A stretch of 64,000 nucleotides of DNA from Kondoa subrosea (lineage: Eukaryota). The translations under genes were made by a program, and so were the position numbers. Under the pieces are notes generated by a model. It was not told where the DNA came from, made no database searches, and was given only the letters and a program-made list of their open reading frames with translations. Where the stretch lies: contig BCIN01000003.1 in assembly GCA_039545335.1 (NCBI GenBank), positions 310,001 to 374,000 on the forward strand, in the 5' to 3' direction. Numbering within the stretch: the stretch's first letter is position 1; every line of letters begins with the position of its first letter. Of the stretch, positions 14,288-27,037 are shown piece after piece.

Positions 14288-16484
14288 ATGTCTCGATCTA
14301 CTATCGCTAAACGGTTCAAGGCGGAATCCCTTCTATCTTCCAATCATACTTTATCGCCTTCTGTTTCTCTTGTTGTGTCATGTCAAAGAAGACGTTTCTT
14401 CGGTGTAGGAGAGATTGTAGGCGTACTGGCCAATGTAAGGCTTCGCCGAGGGATGACGCATTGTAATCAACGTTGATGAGTTCTCGATAGCCTGGAGAAA
14501 CTGTTAGGCAGATCAATGAGTCGAGAAAGATGCTTGCGGAAGCTAGGCAAGAACTGAAAGATGCTCGCGAGCGATCTCAAAGTCGGTCATTACGTTTCTT
14601 TGGACTAAGTCAAGTAAATTGAAGATGTTGGGCAGTACCAACGAAACATACTTTCTCACCCTTACCTGGTTTCTTTGAAAGGAAACGCGAATTGAAAGCT
14701 GTTCGTAATCACATTATATATCATTTCCAATTGAATTCACTGAACACGCAATCGGGACAGATAGAAAGAGTTTTAGCTGGTATGTCAAGAGCCTCTTCAG
14801 TAGCAACTCCGTTCGCTCATGTCTACGCTTCTTGGAAGGTGTTCCAACCTTCACAGTCCTTTTTGGCGCATCCTCAGCGGGAAAAACAGCTTTACTTCGT
14901 CAAGTGCTTTCAGATTCTAGGTTTCATGTCCTACATTTCGATTTGAGAATTGCAGGATTTGCAGATTTATCTTCCCTTTATTTTTCTTTATCATTACAAA
15001 TGGAACAATATTTCGCTACTCTCAAAGATCAATTAGAAGGTTATGATGCGTTTGAAAAGGAGAGTTGGGCTTTCAAACATGATCGAATGGGAATGGAGAA
15101 AAGGATTGAAGGTGGTGGCGAAGCTGTAAAGACGGCCGATATTGCTCACCTTATGGAGCTGTTTCAGTCGGCAATGCTGAAATACTGGGAGGTGAACTAA
15201 TTCCCGTTGTTTCAGCTTGAAATGAAGCTGAGACGTTTGAATTGGCTCACAGTTCGAACCTAGTCTAGAAGGAGAAACCGATACCGAAAAGACTGCCCGG
15301 GAAGCAAAAGATAAAACCCAACGAGCAACTCTAGCGGAAGAAAGGACTGTCAAGCTGGACGAAGAACCTCTTACCGATGCAAAGGGAGAGAAGAAACAAT
15401 TCCCTGCAAAGAAGATTCCTGTATTCTTCCTTGATGAAGCACACAAGCTACCTGCTCTAATACAGACTGATACGGCCATGAAATCTTTACTGGATGCCAT
15501 GCTGGTCTTGACGAAACAGGATAGACTGATACATTGGTAGGTCATCCTAGAAATATACTGCCTAGATGCTGATGAACACTTAGTCTGCATGCCACGAGTG
15601 ATTCCTGTGAGTTTTGGTACTTTTGGGTTTCCATATCAGCATCTTATTCGGAAATTTAGTCTACTTGCATTGGCTGCGACAGATGAACACACTCCAGCAT
15701 TGTCAATTGCTGGCTGTGGGCGATCCAAGTCCAGATGAAGCGAAACTGTTCTACGAAGAGCGATTACTACCGACTGTACCGGAAACTCTTCGCTCGAAGC
15801 TACACTTTGATCAATTGTTCGAAGTATTCGGCGGGAAACTTGCGCATCTGAGTGATTATGTTTCAGATTTCAGTAAGCGCTTGTCAATGTATTGAGATTG
15901 TCGGCTCAGCGTAAATGCAGTTAATACCGAAGGCAAACTGCCTCTCAAAGAATCATCTCACTATTTACAAGCCTACACCCTTCTCAATTTACATCTAGTC
16001 CATTCTGCTCAAGACAGCAACGGAGAAGCAGCAGGCAAAGGCTTCCACATTCATTCACCGATATCGAATCACGATGAAGCCTTCATCGCTGATGGACCAG
16101 CAGAATTCTCCTCCTCTGATCTTCTGGGTGTAATGAAGAAGCTGAAAGAAGCGACGTACATGCCTTGGACATTGGACTATTTCAAGCTATGCCGAGAGCT
16201 AGGACCGAATGTGGTTGATGGAATGGTGCGAGGAAGGATATTGGAACTAGTGAGATCCCATCTGTCAGGTGTAGGAGTGACTTGCTGATCGCTTGGAAAA
16301 AGCGCTGGACACCTAGTATTACTCTAGAAGAGAACTTTGAACATGATGAAAGACCTCCATTCAGAGGACGTACGTTGCTTCAGCTGTGATTATGTACTGT
16401 TCTGATTGATTCGTAGCTGAATTGCGACCAACAACACCTGTCATGCGATATGCAATGTCTCAAATTGTTAATGAATTGGCCTGA
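14288..16484 (+). CDS. Uncharacterised P-loop NTPase (archaeal ATPase/STAND-like), probable mitochondrial presequence, multi-exon
   Basis: GFFERKRELKA; Walker A VLFGASSAGKT (about 14865); LHFDLR; Walker B VFFLDEAHKL (about 15421); FGGKLAHL; N-terminus rich in R/S with one acidic residue, ending RRRFF. Confidence 0.75.
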
Positions 16485-16932
16485 TTTGTACGAAGAAGAA
16501 CATCATTGTTACATAGCATTGTCGATAGCACTATTGAAATACCAGACCATTACGAGTATTCAAGGCCACGGACAACAATACTGTTATCTCCAGTTTCCCA
16601 ACAGCACAGTGCTTACGTAATACATGAATGTCTCGGTACTTCGACCGCTTGCTCGACACACTGCGAGTCATCATTACCAAGCGCTTAATATATTTGAATA
16701 AGCCATGCTTCTTCCCCACTTCTCGTCTCTTCTTTCGAAGATAGATATTATCACAACAATTCTTTAAGAAATTCTTCTCATCTCGCGGGCTGTGGTATTG
16801 TTGTTGCCGCCAGCCTCTCAGACGACCACACATCACATCACATCATACACATCATTGAAAAACTAGATCTGAGCCTGTTGTACAAGGTGTTGGCTGAACA
16901 AGATACTAGCCCGTTTCAAATCACAAATCAGC

Positions 16933-18577
16933 ATGAATTCTTTCCAGGATCACTACGTGAACCAGTCGGACGTAGTGAGCCAGTCGGACCTCGATGCTGC
17001 ACAGACTACTGAAATCTTCTCTCGGTTTGCAAAGGCTGCCATTGGTATCGATTTCGATGCAACACCTAACAGGCTGCGCAGGACATACTACAGTAAGGGA
17101 TTACAATTGATAAACGAAAGGTGCTGACAAAGCTGAGCAGACGAATGCCGTCGAAGACATCCAGACAAGGTAGGAGCTGCTCAAAAGCAATCGGCAACAG
17201 AAGACTTCAAGCGTCTGTCGAATGCTTGTAAGTCTGATAAAGCCATAATATAGAAAGATAAGGTACTCATCTCTTGCTACAGATGAAGGTAGCACGCTCT
17301 TTCGATGGTACTGTCGCTTCTAGCTCAATTCGCTCCTATACAGTCCTTTCTGAGCCTCAGCTTCGAGCACAATATGACCAAACTTACCTGCAAGCGCGTA
17401 ATTGGCAGCGACATATCGCTCAGCAAGAAGCAATGCGAGCTCAGGCAGAGGCTTTGGCTCGAGCACAAGAAGCCGCTCGCCAAAGGGAAAATTTAAGGCA
17501 ACAACAGCAAGCTCAGCAAGCTCAACAAGCTTGGATGGCAGAGCAAATGGCCGCGGAAGCACGAAGACGAGCTAGAGCAGAGGAAGCGAGGCAAGAAATG
17601 CTCCGCCAACAGCAGCTAGAAGCCGAAAGACTCGCTCGAAAGGAAGAGCGTAGAAGACAAGCTGCTGAACAGTGGCGGCAAGAGCAGCTAGAGCTTCAGA
17701 GACAAGAGGCTAGACGCCGAAGAGCTCAAGAGGAAGCTGAACGTTTGGAGCAAGAAAGACTTTTGGAGAAACAACGCAGAAAAGAAGAACGGCGAAAAGC
17801 TCGAGAAGCCGCTGAACTGGCTGAGTACAAGGCTGAACAGGATAGACTTGACAGGGAGGCGCGCGAAAGAGCGTTACGTGAAGCAAGACAAGCAGAAATA
17901 CGTAAAGAAGCCATTCGCAGACAGCGAGAAGCAGATGCAGAGGCTCAAAAACAAGCGAGAATGAGAGAAGAGCTTAGAGAACTTAATGAGAAAGTTAAAC
18001 GAGAGAAAGAACAGGATCGCTTGCGTAAAGAACGTGAGAAAGCTCAACAAGCTGCTTGGGATGAATGGGAAGCCCGTGCTCATGAGGTTCGCCGAATGGC
18101 TGAAGCTAGAGACAGAATGGTAGAAGAGGCGAGAATAATGGAAGAGGCGAGAGAAAGGGCAATGAAAGCGGCCAATGCTGCAGAAGAGCGTCGAAGAACT
18201 GAAATTCGAGTGAAAGTTGAAGAAGCTCTAGCACAAGATGCGGTCAAGCAACCTGAGCAGACAGAGCCTAAGACCGAAAGCGTTCGTTCACCTCTGGCAC
18301 CTAAACAGGTCAGATTTTGTTCATCACTGCTGCGATTTCGTACTAAGTCGTCCGCAGGCAAATACACCGATGAAGAAAGCTCCAGGTAAGAAAGCTGGTA
18401 GCAAGACTAAAGCTCCTGCAGTACCTAAGAAGACGACTGCCAAAAAGGCTAAGAAGGATAATGTGAGGTTAATCTACCGCAGACGAAGTAAAGATGCTGA
18501 TAAAGGAGCAGACTACTGCTCCCCTGAGAACAAGTAGTCGACTGGCAGCAAAGAAGAATATGGAACAGATGCGCTAA
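16933..18577 (+). CDS. J-domain (DnaJ/Hsp40 class C) protein with long E/R/Q/A-rich helical region
   Basis: Spliced J domain IGIDFDATPNRLRRTYY..RRHPDK...EDFKRLSNAYEVLSEPQLRAQYD with intact HPD; about 300 aa charged helix follows. Confidence 0.8.
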
Positions 18578-19081
18578 AGAGCAGTACAAACTCGGTAGGC
18601 GATGAATCTCGGTAAGGATTTTATCTGCCAGTAGTTGTATCGGTTAGTCTTTGTACTCTTGCCACGAATAACGGTTTGGTTTTGTACTACAATGATGGGA
18701 TCTGTGCAATAAGTGAATCAGAAGCGCTTTAATTTGGCGATAGCCAAACTCACACATTTAAAAATCATCCTAAGCTCACTACTTCCATGTTGGATGTCTT
18801 TTGCTACATGTTTACTGCCGAGATGTTGATCAAACAGGACGGGCATGGCCATACTCATGCAGCAGCGAAACCAACACAGCTAGATCATTGACAACGACGG
18901 GAGCCGGAGCGCGAAGAGGCACAGACTAATATGGTCCGCAAGCAGTGCAAGAGATTGATGTAAAGCAGCATGTAGAGATAGAATCGAAAAAATTCGGAAG
19001 AGAAATGATTTGCATATCGTAAATGCGAATGGTACTCAGGTCATACAGCGGAATATACAATTAGCGAAGCCCATGTTGAAA

Positions 19082-20254
19082 TTAATTTGACTCCATGTCG
19101 TTCAACAGGCGTCTACGAAGTCATCAGCATTGGCAAAATAAGGAGCGAAGTGAAGACATACAGAATATACAGGAACAAGTTGATGATGTCCAAGTACAGT
19201 GAGATGACGCCCAAGACGTATTCATCAGGCGAGACTGTAGAAACGCAGTGTCAGACTGTGTGCACTTGAACAAAGCGAATGACCAACGTTTGTTCATTAT
19301 GACTGAAGTGTCGTAGAGCTGTGTGGGAAGTCAAGAGGTCTAAGCCAAACATATGACAAAGATGCGAAACTTCACGCACAATGTATCCCGAGAACAGAAG
19401 TACGCCTATTCCCGAAAAGACTGCATCGAAGCCTGAACACCACCAATTCAGCCATTATCGATGAATGAAAGGGAATCGAATACCTCTGCTCCAAGGCATG
19501 AAGATATGCACTATTGATACTCCAACAAAGAGCAGCAAGATGACCATCAACGCAGGTCCCCAACTGCTGAAATCGTACTTCGATTGGAAAGTGAAGAGCG
19601 TTAGACCAAGGAACACGAAGACGGTCAAGATGAGGGCTTTGAGGACCAGTTCTTGATCGTACATCGAGGTAATGACACCAACAGTGACGGCTTCGAATGC
19701 GGTGAAAGTTGATAGCAAGATCAGATTGAGAGCTGTCAGAGTACTCCATTTCTCAGACGCTTCGAAAGGCGATGAATGAGTTCACTGACGATGACTATGC
19801 CTTTTCCACATTGTACCAAGCAAAGAGGCGAAGGATCCAATGAGTAAAGCCCACATTGACCAAGGGCTATATAGAAACACGTAATGAGCTCGATTCCCAA
19901 ATCACACCTGTCAAAGACCTACTTTGATTGAATAAAGAACTGAGCAGCCTGAGTCCTCATTCCAGCAGCCATAACAGTCGTGCTGGCTAGCATGACGAAT
20001 AGAATGGAATAGACTTTGCGTATGAACGCCTGACGAATAGCGATAGAGGATTGCGAGACCGTGACGCCAATATCAAAGTCATCGCTTGCATCGTCTGCCC
20101 ATACATTCTGCTCTTGCCGCTGTTGCCTCGCTTCGGCCTGCTTCTTGTTCGAACTTGAGGATTCCAACAATGGTTCTTGCTCTAAGGAGCTTCGTTTGCT
20201 GTCTGGAGCGGTGGTTCCATAACTGGGAGGGGCTGTGGTATATTGAGCTGACAT
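19082..20254 (-). CDS. BXI1: Bax inhibitor-1/TMBIM (Lifeguard) family membrane protein
   Basis: IRQAFIRKVYSIL; FLGLTLFTFQSKYDFSSW; SPDEYVLGVISLYLDIINLFLYILRLL. Confidence 0.88.
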
Positions 20255-20941
20255 GATAGTCGTTTGTGGAAGACCATCTTACGTCGCCACTATCCCTTGA
20301 CAAGCTTGACACTGAGCCGCCACGGATTATGCGAGCAATCCTTTCCCTGAATTCTATATGTCCTGTCTCATTGCTCAAATATACGTCTCACTGCCTGCAG
20401 GCTCGTAATAGTACGACGGTTTTGCCTTTTCTAAGCATTCTTGTCTCTAGCATGTCTCGCTATGCAGTGCTGCTTTTCGCTCTTTGATTCCCATTCTATC
20501 GTGCTCAGTACTCTCCTTCTTTTCACAGCCTTTCGCCTTCATCTTCTTCTCGGCAAGCGAAAACGTTCTTGTCTGCCTGCCAACACTTCCTCCTGTTGAT
20601 CTCTGAACCTCTATATTGTCTCCAGTGCAGCACGGCTTCATGAAGCTCATGAAGCTCATGATGTGTCAGGACATCGTGACCACTCTTCTGGAAATGCCGT
20701 GTCTTTACTTGTCTAGTCAACCTTCAGATTGACGGGAAGAGGGAATTAACAACGCCAATCCACAAAGACTGTGAAACGTAACAAGGAGGAGGATATCGAT
20801 ATAACTTGTATTTGAGCATACCAAAGAAATCTATGTACAAGAACAAAAACAATCTATAACGAAAGTGTGAATAATGCAAAAGGTAATCAGTGATTGTTAA
20901 TAGTATAAGAAGAATTGTCCAGCATTCCTCTCGAAACGATC

Positions 20942-22143
20942 TCAGAAAGCTACGACGGACGACAAGCCGAGCTCTTTCCACATTGCTGTTCGTGACATAG
21001 CAGCTGGAGTGGAAGAGAAGAAGCGTTGAATCTTAGGTGGTTCGTCAGCCCTAATCTCTTATAATGAGTCAAGTCTACCTATATGTAGACGATGTAACTC
21101 ACCAATCTACTCGCGCTGCTTTCTTTTCTAGCAAATTCTTGACTGTCGCCCATGAGAAACGAGCGATATTAGGGAACCCAAAGACTGGATCAATGTTCTC
21201 TTCCAGCCAAGCTACAGTCTTTGGATCTGTATCAACAGCATGAGCATTCAGCGAGATCACAAAAATGAGTTGAGACTGACCTGAAGGATATCCACTACCT
21301 AAAGGCAACCCTTTCTTTCCTGCGTTATCCTCTAAATAGGTCCAACAACTCATGCATGCATCCCTGGTGACTTTCGCAGCGATACTAGCAGCACCAACTA
21401 TTGGGTATTTGTAATCTGCTTTGGATTCGACGGTGAAAGTAAGAGTAGGGAAAGCGGCTTGAAGTTTAGCTTGATAAGCTTCTGAAGGACCAACGGTATC
21501 GACGTAGACATGAGTGAGCTTGAAACCTTTGTCGAGAATGCTTTGAATGAGAAGAGTAGTCGCATCGTGTGATTGTGCGTTTCTGCTCATACGTTGCATT
21601 AGCAGATGCTCGAATTAGAAGAGCAGAAGAAGAACGAACAAATTGTAAGGTGTCTTCCGCAACATCCCTCGAGAAATATCATGAGGACTCATTACTCGAA
21701 CAGCCCATTTCAGATCGTCTGAACTTTCGCAAATGACGGAAAGTAGTTGTAATCTCCGTTCGTGTGTTAGAGTCTTCGAGTCTGCGTCATTCTGTCAGCA
21801 TGTTATTCCTCCAGTCGCGTACATGGACCGTCACCTGCGAAACCCATGTCCTTGAGTTGATCCATGAAGCTTGTCCTACAGAAGGCAACAGAGTAGACCT
21901 GCGGGCCTGTCAAACCGCATCGCCGAATCAGATTCTTGCTGATGAAACAGCTAACTGAAACTAACCTAGTACAGGTCCTCTGCCTGCTTCATCAATACCC
22001 ATTACGTATTCCGTATCGTCACAGCGAGCGTGACCATCAAAGGAATGGTAGGTGTACGAGTCCACTAGGGGCGTGCCAGGTCGAATTGAAGGAGGGGGAA
22101 CCTCGAGTTGCTCAATTTCCTCAAAGAGCTCTTCTTGTGACAT
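20942..22143 (-). CDS. RNH201: Ribonuclease H2 catalytic subunit A
   Basis: MGIDEAGRGPVLG; DSKTL; VYVDTVGP; VESKAD.KYPIVGAASIAAKVTRD; GSGYPS|DPKT; FGFPNIARFSW. Confidence 0.95.
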
Positions 22144-22594
22144 GCTTGGAACGAATGACTTGCAATGATAGTGATTGTGAGTGTAGGGCGTGACAGGCAG
22201 AAAGCAGACTGGCGGTGATGAGAAGAGAGCTTGGACTGAAATTTCAAGTCAATAATCTAGGTGCATAGTTACGCGACTGGTAAGTCCAACAACGTCCGAT
22301 CTCCTAAAGATCGACACTAACGCTAGTACTGTACATGGTTGAGACCTAAATGACGCGTTATTATGCACTGCGAATACTGCTTATGTTATACACGGATCCA
22401 ATACAGGATGAAACAAGCCTGAGCCCTCGCAAATCGAGCTTGCATATAAGTCTGCTGAAAATGATTACACGGCAGTCGGATTATCGGCGTCCAAACAGCT
22501 TGCTGAAGATAACTTCTGCGCAGATCACGCCTAGACCAACACTTGTCCTGCACGCGATATGTCAGTACAGATCTGGCTATCGACAGAATAGAAC

Positions 22595-24365
22595 TCACAT
22601 CATCACATATCCACTCAAGCTGGTCAGGGAGCTTCCCGGATCGACAAACGGTTCAGTAAGGGTTCTTCTTGCTAGACGCGTATCTTCTTCTGCTACATCA
22701 GCTTTCTTCTCTTCTTCTTCCGTTTGTAGATCAGCCAGCATCTTCTCCATTTGATCCATTCGTTTAGTCAATCTAAAAACATTCTCGTTGATCTCCATTC
22801 CTTTGATCAAGGAGAATGAAAAGATTTCGCTCACTCTGCTAATTGCGAACGCTTGACCACAATCATAGATCCATTCCTACTCGTAACGCTCGTCATTCCT
22901 TCACTAGCTTTCTCGGCCGCATCGAAGATATTCAAAACGGAAGCAGAGGAAGAAGAAGCGTTTCTTCCCTTTTGCTGTTTCTTACTTCTGGTCAAAGTAC
23001 CGAACTCATTCAATCCTCCATCTTCTGCTAAATCAATGTGTAGACCAGGAACAATGGTAGAAGAATTATAAGTCCTTTCTTGTTCTTCTTCATCTTCTTC
23101 GGTCAAAGGTGAACAAGTATCGAACGACGTAGATAATTGAGAAGGTGAAAGGTTAGGAGTAGTCGTATCTTCTTCTTCAATGAGATGCGTAGTCTCCAAA
23201 GGTGAAGTTGCGGACCAATCGATTGCATAGTTTGTTGCTGATCCAATACTTTCAGTCTCACTTTCGCTTCCGCAGCTCGACTCTTCGCTAAATTGACGGA
23301 AATGCGTTGAAGAAGGAGTAGGTGGTAAAGAAGATTGGCGTTCTTTTGATTCAGCTTCATCGGGTCTCTCAAACAAAGATGATAATCCCTTGACTCGCCC
23401 CTTCTTCGCAACACGCCATGATTTCTGACTTGCTTCCTTATCAGGTACGGCTAAATCAGCGGAGTCGGAAGTAAGAGGTGGATCTTCTTCTTCTCCTTCA
23501 ATTCCCAAAATTCGTCCGCGAAGGCAATCCATACGCAATCTTTCTCTTGCTTCAGACATTATCTTGCTCCAAATAGGATTGATATCCAGGTCTCGAAAGT
23601 CTTTCTCCCTGTTCCTGATATTAGTCTGATTCTGTTGTGCTCGCACTAATAACTTGCCTGAAACGTAGAAATCTGCGACCAGTCAAACGCTTGCTCATAA
23701 CAAATGCAATGATATCTCTAATCTATAAGAGCGTCAGCGAAATTCGCTTGCCATCTGAGAGATATCTCACGATCGGTGTAGGAGTAATGCGGAGAGAATG
23801 AGCCAGATATACAGCGACTGTAAAGACAAGAAACGCGGCGCATCAGCCCAGGCCTATGCAGGTCTAATAGTCCTCACGCTGTGAAGGTGTCCAGGTCTTT
23901 GGATTTGACTGTACTGTAGTATCAGCATGCTTGCGCAAAATCGGCCAAAAGTACACTCACAGGCAATTCATCGACCTTCCCGACCAGCTTGAAAGGATCA
24001 TCACCTCTGTTTGGTACCACCTCAGGTGGAAAACTTGGCAAGCTGTCAGATCGCTTGAGACCCGAGGTAGGGAAACTAGTTTTATTTGCCCTAGGTGAAT
24101 TCAAAGTATGTCTTCTAGTCAGATCCGTTTCTTGTTTGCTTGGAGATGATTGCGGAGAAGCCATAGCTTGCGAAGGAAGACCTAAAGGTTGCGATCTTAC
24201 GAAGTTAACCTGACTGTATTTCTCGCTGAACGAGCTGTTACGAGTTCTGAGAGGAATAGGAATAGGTCTGGTATTGTTCGCTGATACAGTACGAGAGCGC
24301 GAAAGCTTGAACGTCCCGCCTTCATTGCTAGGTTCGAGCGCATCTTTAGAATGAGGAGAGCTCAT
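22595..24365 (-). CDS. Hypothetical S/E-rich, largely disordered protein with C-terminal coiled coil
   Basis: Consecutive minus-strand ORFs (23922-24404, 22831-23646, 22595-22834) joinable by GT-AG introns; no recognised domain. Confidence 0.55.
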
Positions 24366-24655
24366 TTTTTTCCTTATGGTCAAGAGCAACCATGACAGGG
24401 CCACGAGACAAAGGCAGCTGATCGATTACACCTCCTTTCTAGGTCTAGAAAAACGAGTCCTTCCATCATCTTCTGACCAAGACTTTCACGCTTGTGCTTC
24501 TAAACACGCGTTCTGTCCATGTTCAGAAGAGCAGGATATCGACTGAAGGCAAGGGTGTTACACATCGCGTTCATTGTACAACCCGCATAATTCTGACATT
24601 GAGGCGAATATAAAGTATAGTACATCCCAGTCACACCTCTCTCATCTCTCTCGCT

Positions 24656-26487
24656 CTACGCATGTCCTCTGTTCTTCAACAACTCACCAACTTGATTGGC
24701 AGCTTGAGATGTCGCGCCGGTAGCTTGACTATAAACACTTGACGCTGCTGGATCCCATTTTCCCGTTGCTGTACTTTCCGGTCGCTCGTTAGAATAGACA
24801 GAAGCAGTAGGAGCGTATTTTGATGACCCTCTGGCAGAAGGAGCGAATCTGACATTCGATTTGGTGAATCGCTTTGCATTCACTGGAACAATACTTGATC
24901 TAGTGGCCGCTCCTGCATTGTATGGGAGACTCGGAACATGATAGGAAGAAAGATAGCGAGTGGATCTAGCTGCCATGGTTTCGTTGGCGGCTTCCGCTGC
25001 ATCTGAGTGATATTGAGTTGGTTGGTAAGCGATAGTAGATACAGGAGCGGCGATGAAACTTGATCTAGCATGGGAGGAGTTCGAACGAAGATCATTATTC
25101 AGTGCGGAGACCACTGTAGGATCGTTGTTGATCCAGTTATTGTACCTTTCCGAAGTGGTGTTAGTATGGGCGACAGTAGGATATTCAGACTGAAGATATG
25201 TCGTATCGGTGATGGCAGAACGAGAACCATAGTCTCGAACGGCGCCGTACTCCTTCGCAGTGCCATAATCTTGCACTCCATCGAAATGTTTCTCGCTTGG
25301 TCTTTCTGTTGTCTCGCTTGAAACATCGCTTTCCACATCCCATTTCGTGCTAGGCAAGATATTTTCAGGCGTTTGATCAAAGCTTTGATTGCTGTTTGCG
25401 AAGGAAGAACGTTTCGACCTTGGCTTGCAACAGCAATTTTGTCTGAAATACCAGATGAATGCGAAAAAGAGCAGTGCAGCCCCGACAGGGATACCGATCT
25501 TAGCTGCCAGTGGCAGAGAGAAGTCTCCATCTTTGGTAGTATCGACAGCTAGAGATTGAATTGCCGCAGCAGTACTGAGACTTGCACTTGCCATGAGAGA
25601 AGCAGAACCAGTTATTTTTCCGTTAAGCGGTGCAGGGAAGCTTAGAGTACCGAGAACAGATGGAAGGACTTGAGGTTCTCGTATAGCAGGCAATGTAGTA
25701 GGACTAGCTGTATTTGAAGAAGTGCTGGATGATGAAGTAGTCGTTGCCGCATGAACAGCATCAGATGTGCTTTCGGTCAGCTCTTGAAGCGATGGTGCAT
25801 TTTCAGTGCGAGGATCTTCTTGTTGCTGCTGTTCGATAGTAGTCACGGGCAAAGGGGTGTCTGGACTAGGAGAAGGCGAATTGTTTTGATTTGTGTTCGG
25901 GTTAGGATGCTGAACTTGAGTCTGGGATTGAGGTGAAGGAACTGGTTGTGGAGCAGGTTGTTGCTGTTTCTGGGTAGGCTGCTCCTGAGAATTTGGTTGC
26001 GGTTTCACCTTTCCTGGCTCTTTTACTGGATTCGGTTCTACGGAGGCCACAGGAGAAGGTATAGAAGGCTGAGCCTGTGGTACAGATGCCGGAAAAGTAG
26101 GTTGAGCAGTAGTACTTGTTGTTTCTGCAACGACCGACGGAAAAGAAGTCAGCGCTGCTGTAGTCGAGCTTGCTGCAAGAGAAGACTGACCTTGAGGAGT
26201 CTGTACAGTCACATCAGCTCAAACACAACTCTCAAAGTGAGATGACATACATTCGTCTGATTCTCCTCGTTAGAAGATCCGTTCTGCCCAGATTGACCTC
26301 CCCCTTGCTCCTTGTCATCATTGCCATTCTTCCCATCATCATTCTGCTTGTCTTGATTTTCTGCATTCTGTTGTTGAAGGCCACCACCTGAAGCATTGCT
26401 GACATCTGAAGGTCTCGGCACATTCTTGCATAGATCACTACCAGGTTGAAAGCGACAGAACTCAATCATCGCATCTGATGTAGACAT
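24656..26487 (-). CDS. Single-pass membrane protein with S/T/P/Q-rich ectodomain (Mid2/mucin-like architecture)
   Basis: 518-aa ORF plus upstream exon; TM segment IGIPVGAALLFFAFIWYF followed by RQNCCCKPRSKR; S/Y-rich cytosolic tail. Confidence 0.7.
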
Positions 26488-27037
26488 GATGCTTTACCCA
26501 GGTCGCCTTACGACTCGAGCGATAATTGACGCTGGCTCCTCGCGAAAGAGGAAAGCCAATGGAAGACACACATTGAGAAGCTAGACGGTGCTTTCACATA
26601 ATGATAACAAAGGGAACCGCAACAGAAGACTAGACAGAAGAAATTATACAGAAGGCAAACACGAGCGACGAAAGTCAGCAGTCAGAAGATTGCTTCTCGA
26701 ATCTCGCGAGAGGCAGATTATCCAGCAAGCGCAAGAACAAAAGATAATCAGACATCGTTTATCACTTCAGTGGTCAGTGGATTGAATAGGAGGACCAGGA
26801 GATCTCGACGTTTGGATCAAGAGATATATTCAGGTGAACTGAAGAAGAGTGTATGTAGGCAAACCGAAGTATGCGATGCAGTCACCTAGAGCCCCTACAA
26901 TAGTACAAATCAATAATAAATGCAATAGAGTATACGGATGCTGATCACGAATTGCTAATCGCTAATAATGCTATGCTACACTGTCCTTTCTTATCATGTT
27001 TACATACTCAATAATGTCCTTCGATCCATGATCATTT

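Noticed and set aside
15033..15590. Long antisense or alternate-frame ORFs (e.g. 15033-15590, 42919-43500, 2382-2804)
   Set aside because: Shadows of real genes on the opposite strand or frame, with no motifs of their own
20638..20662. Short tandem repeat (TCATGAAGC)x2+ and other small duplications (about 16962-16990, 34540-34590)
   Set aside because: Only 2-3 copies with no spacers or terminal repeats; not CRISPR- or transposon-like
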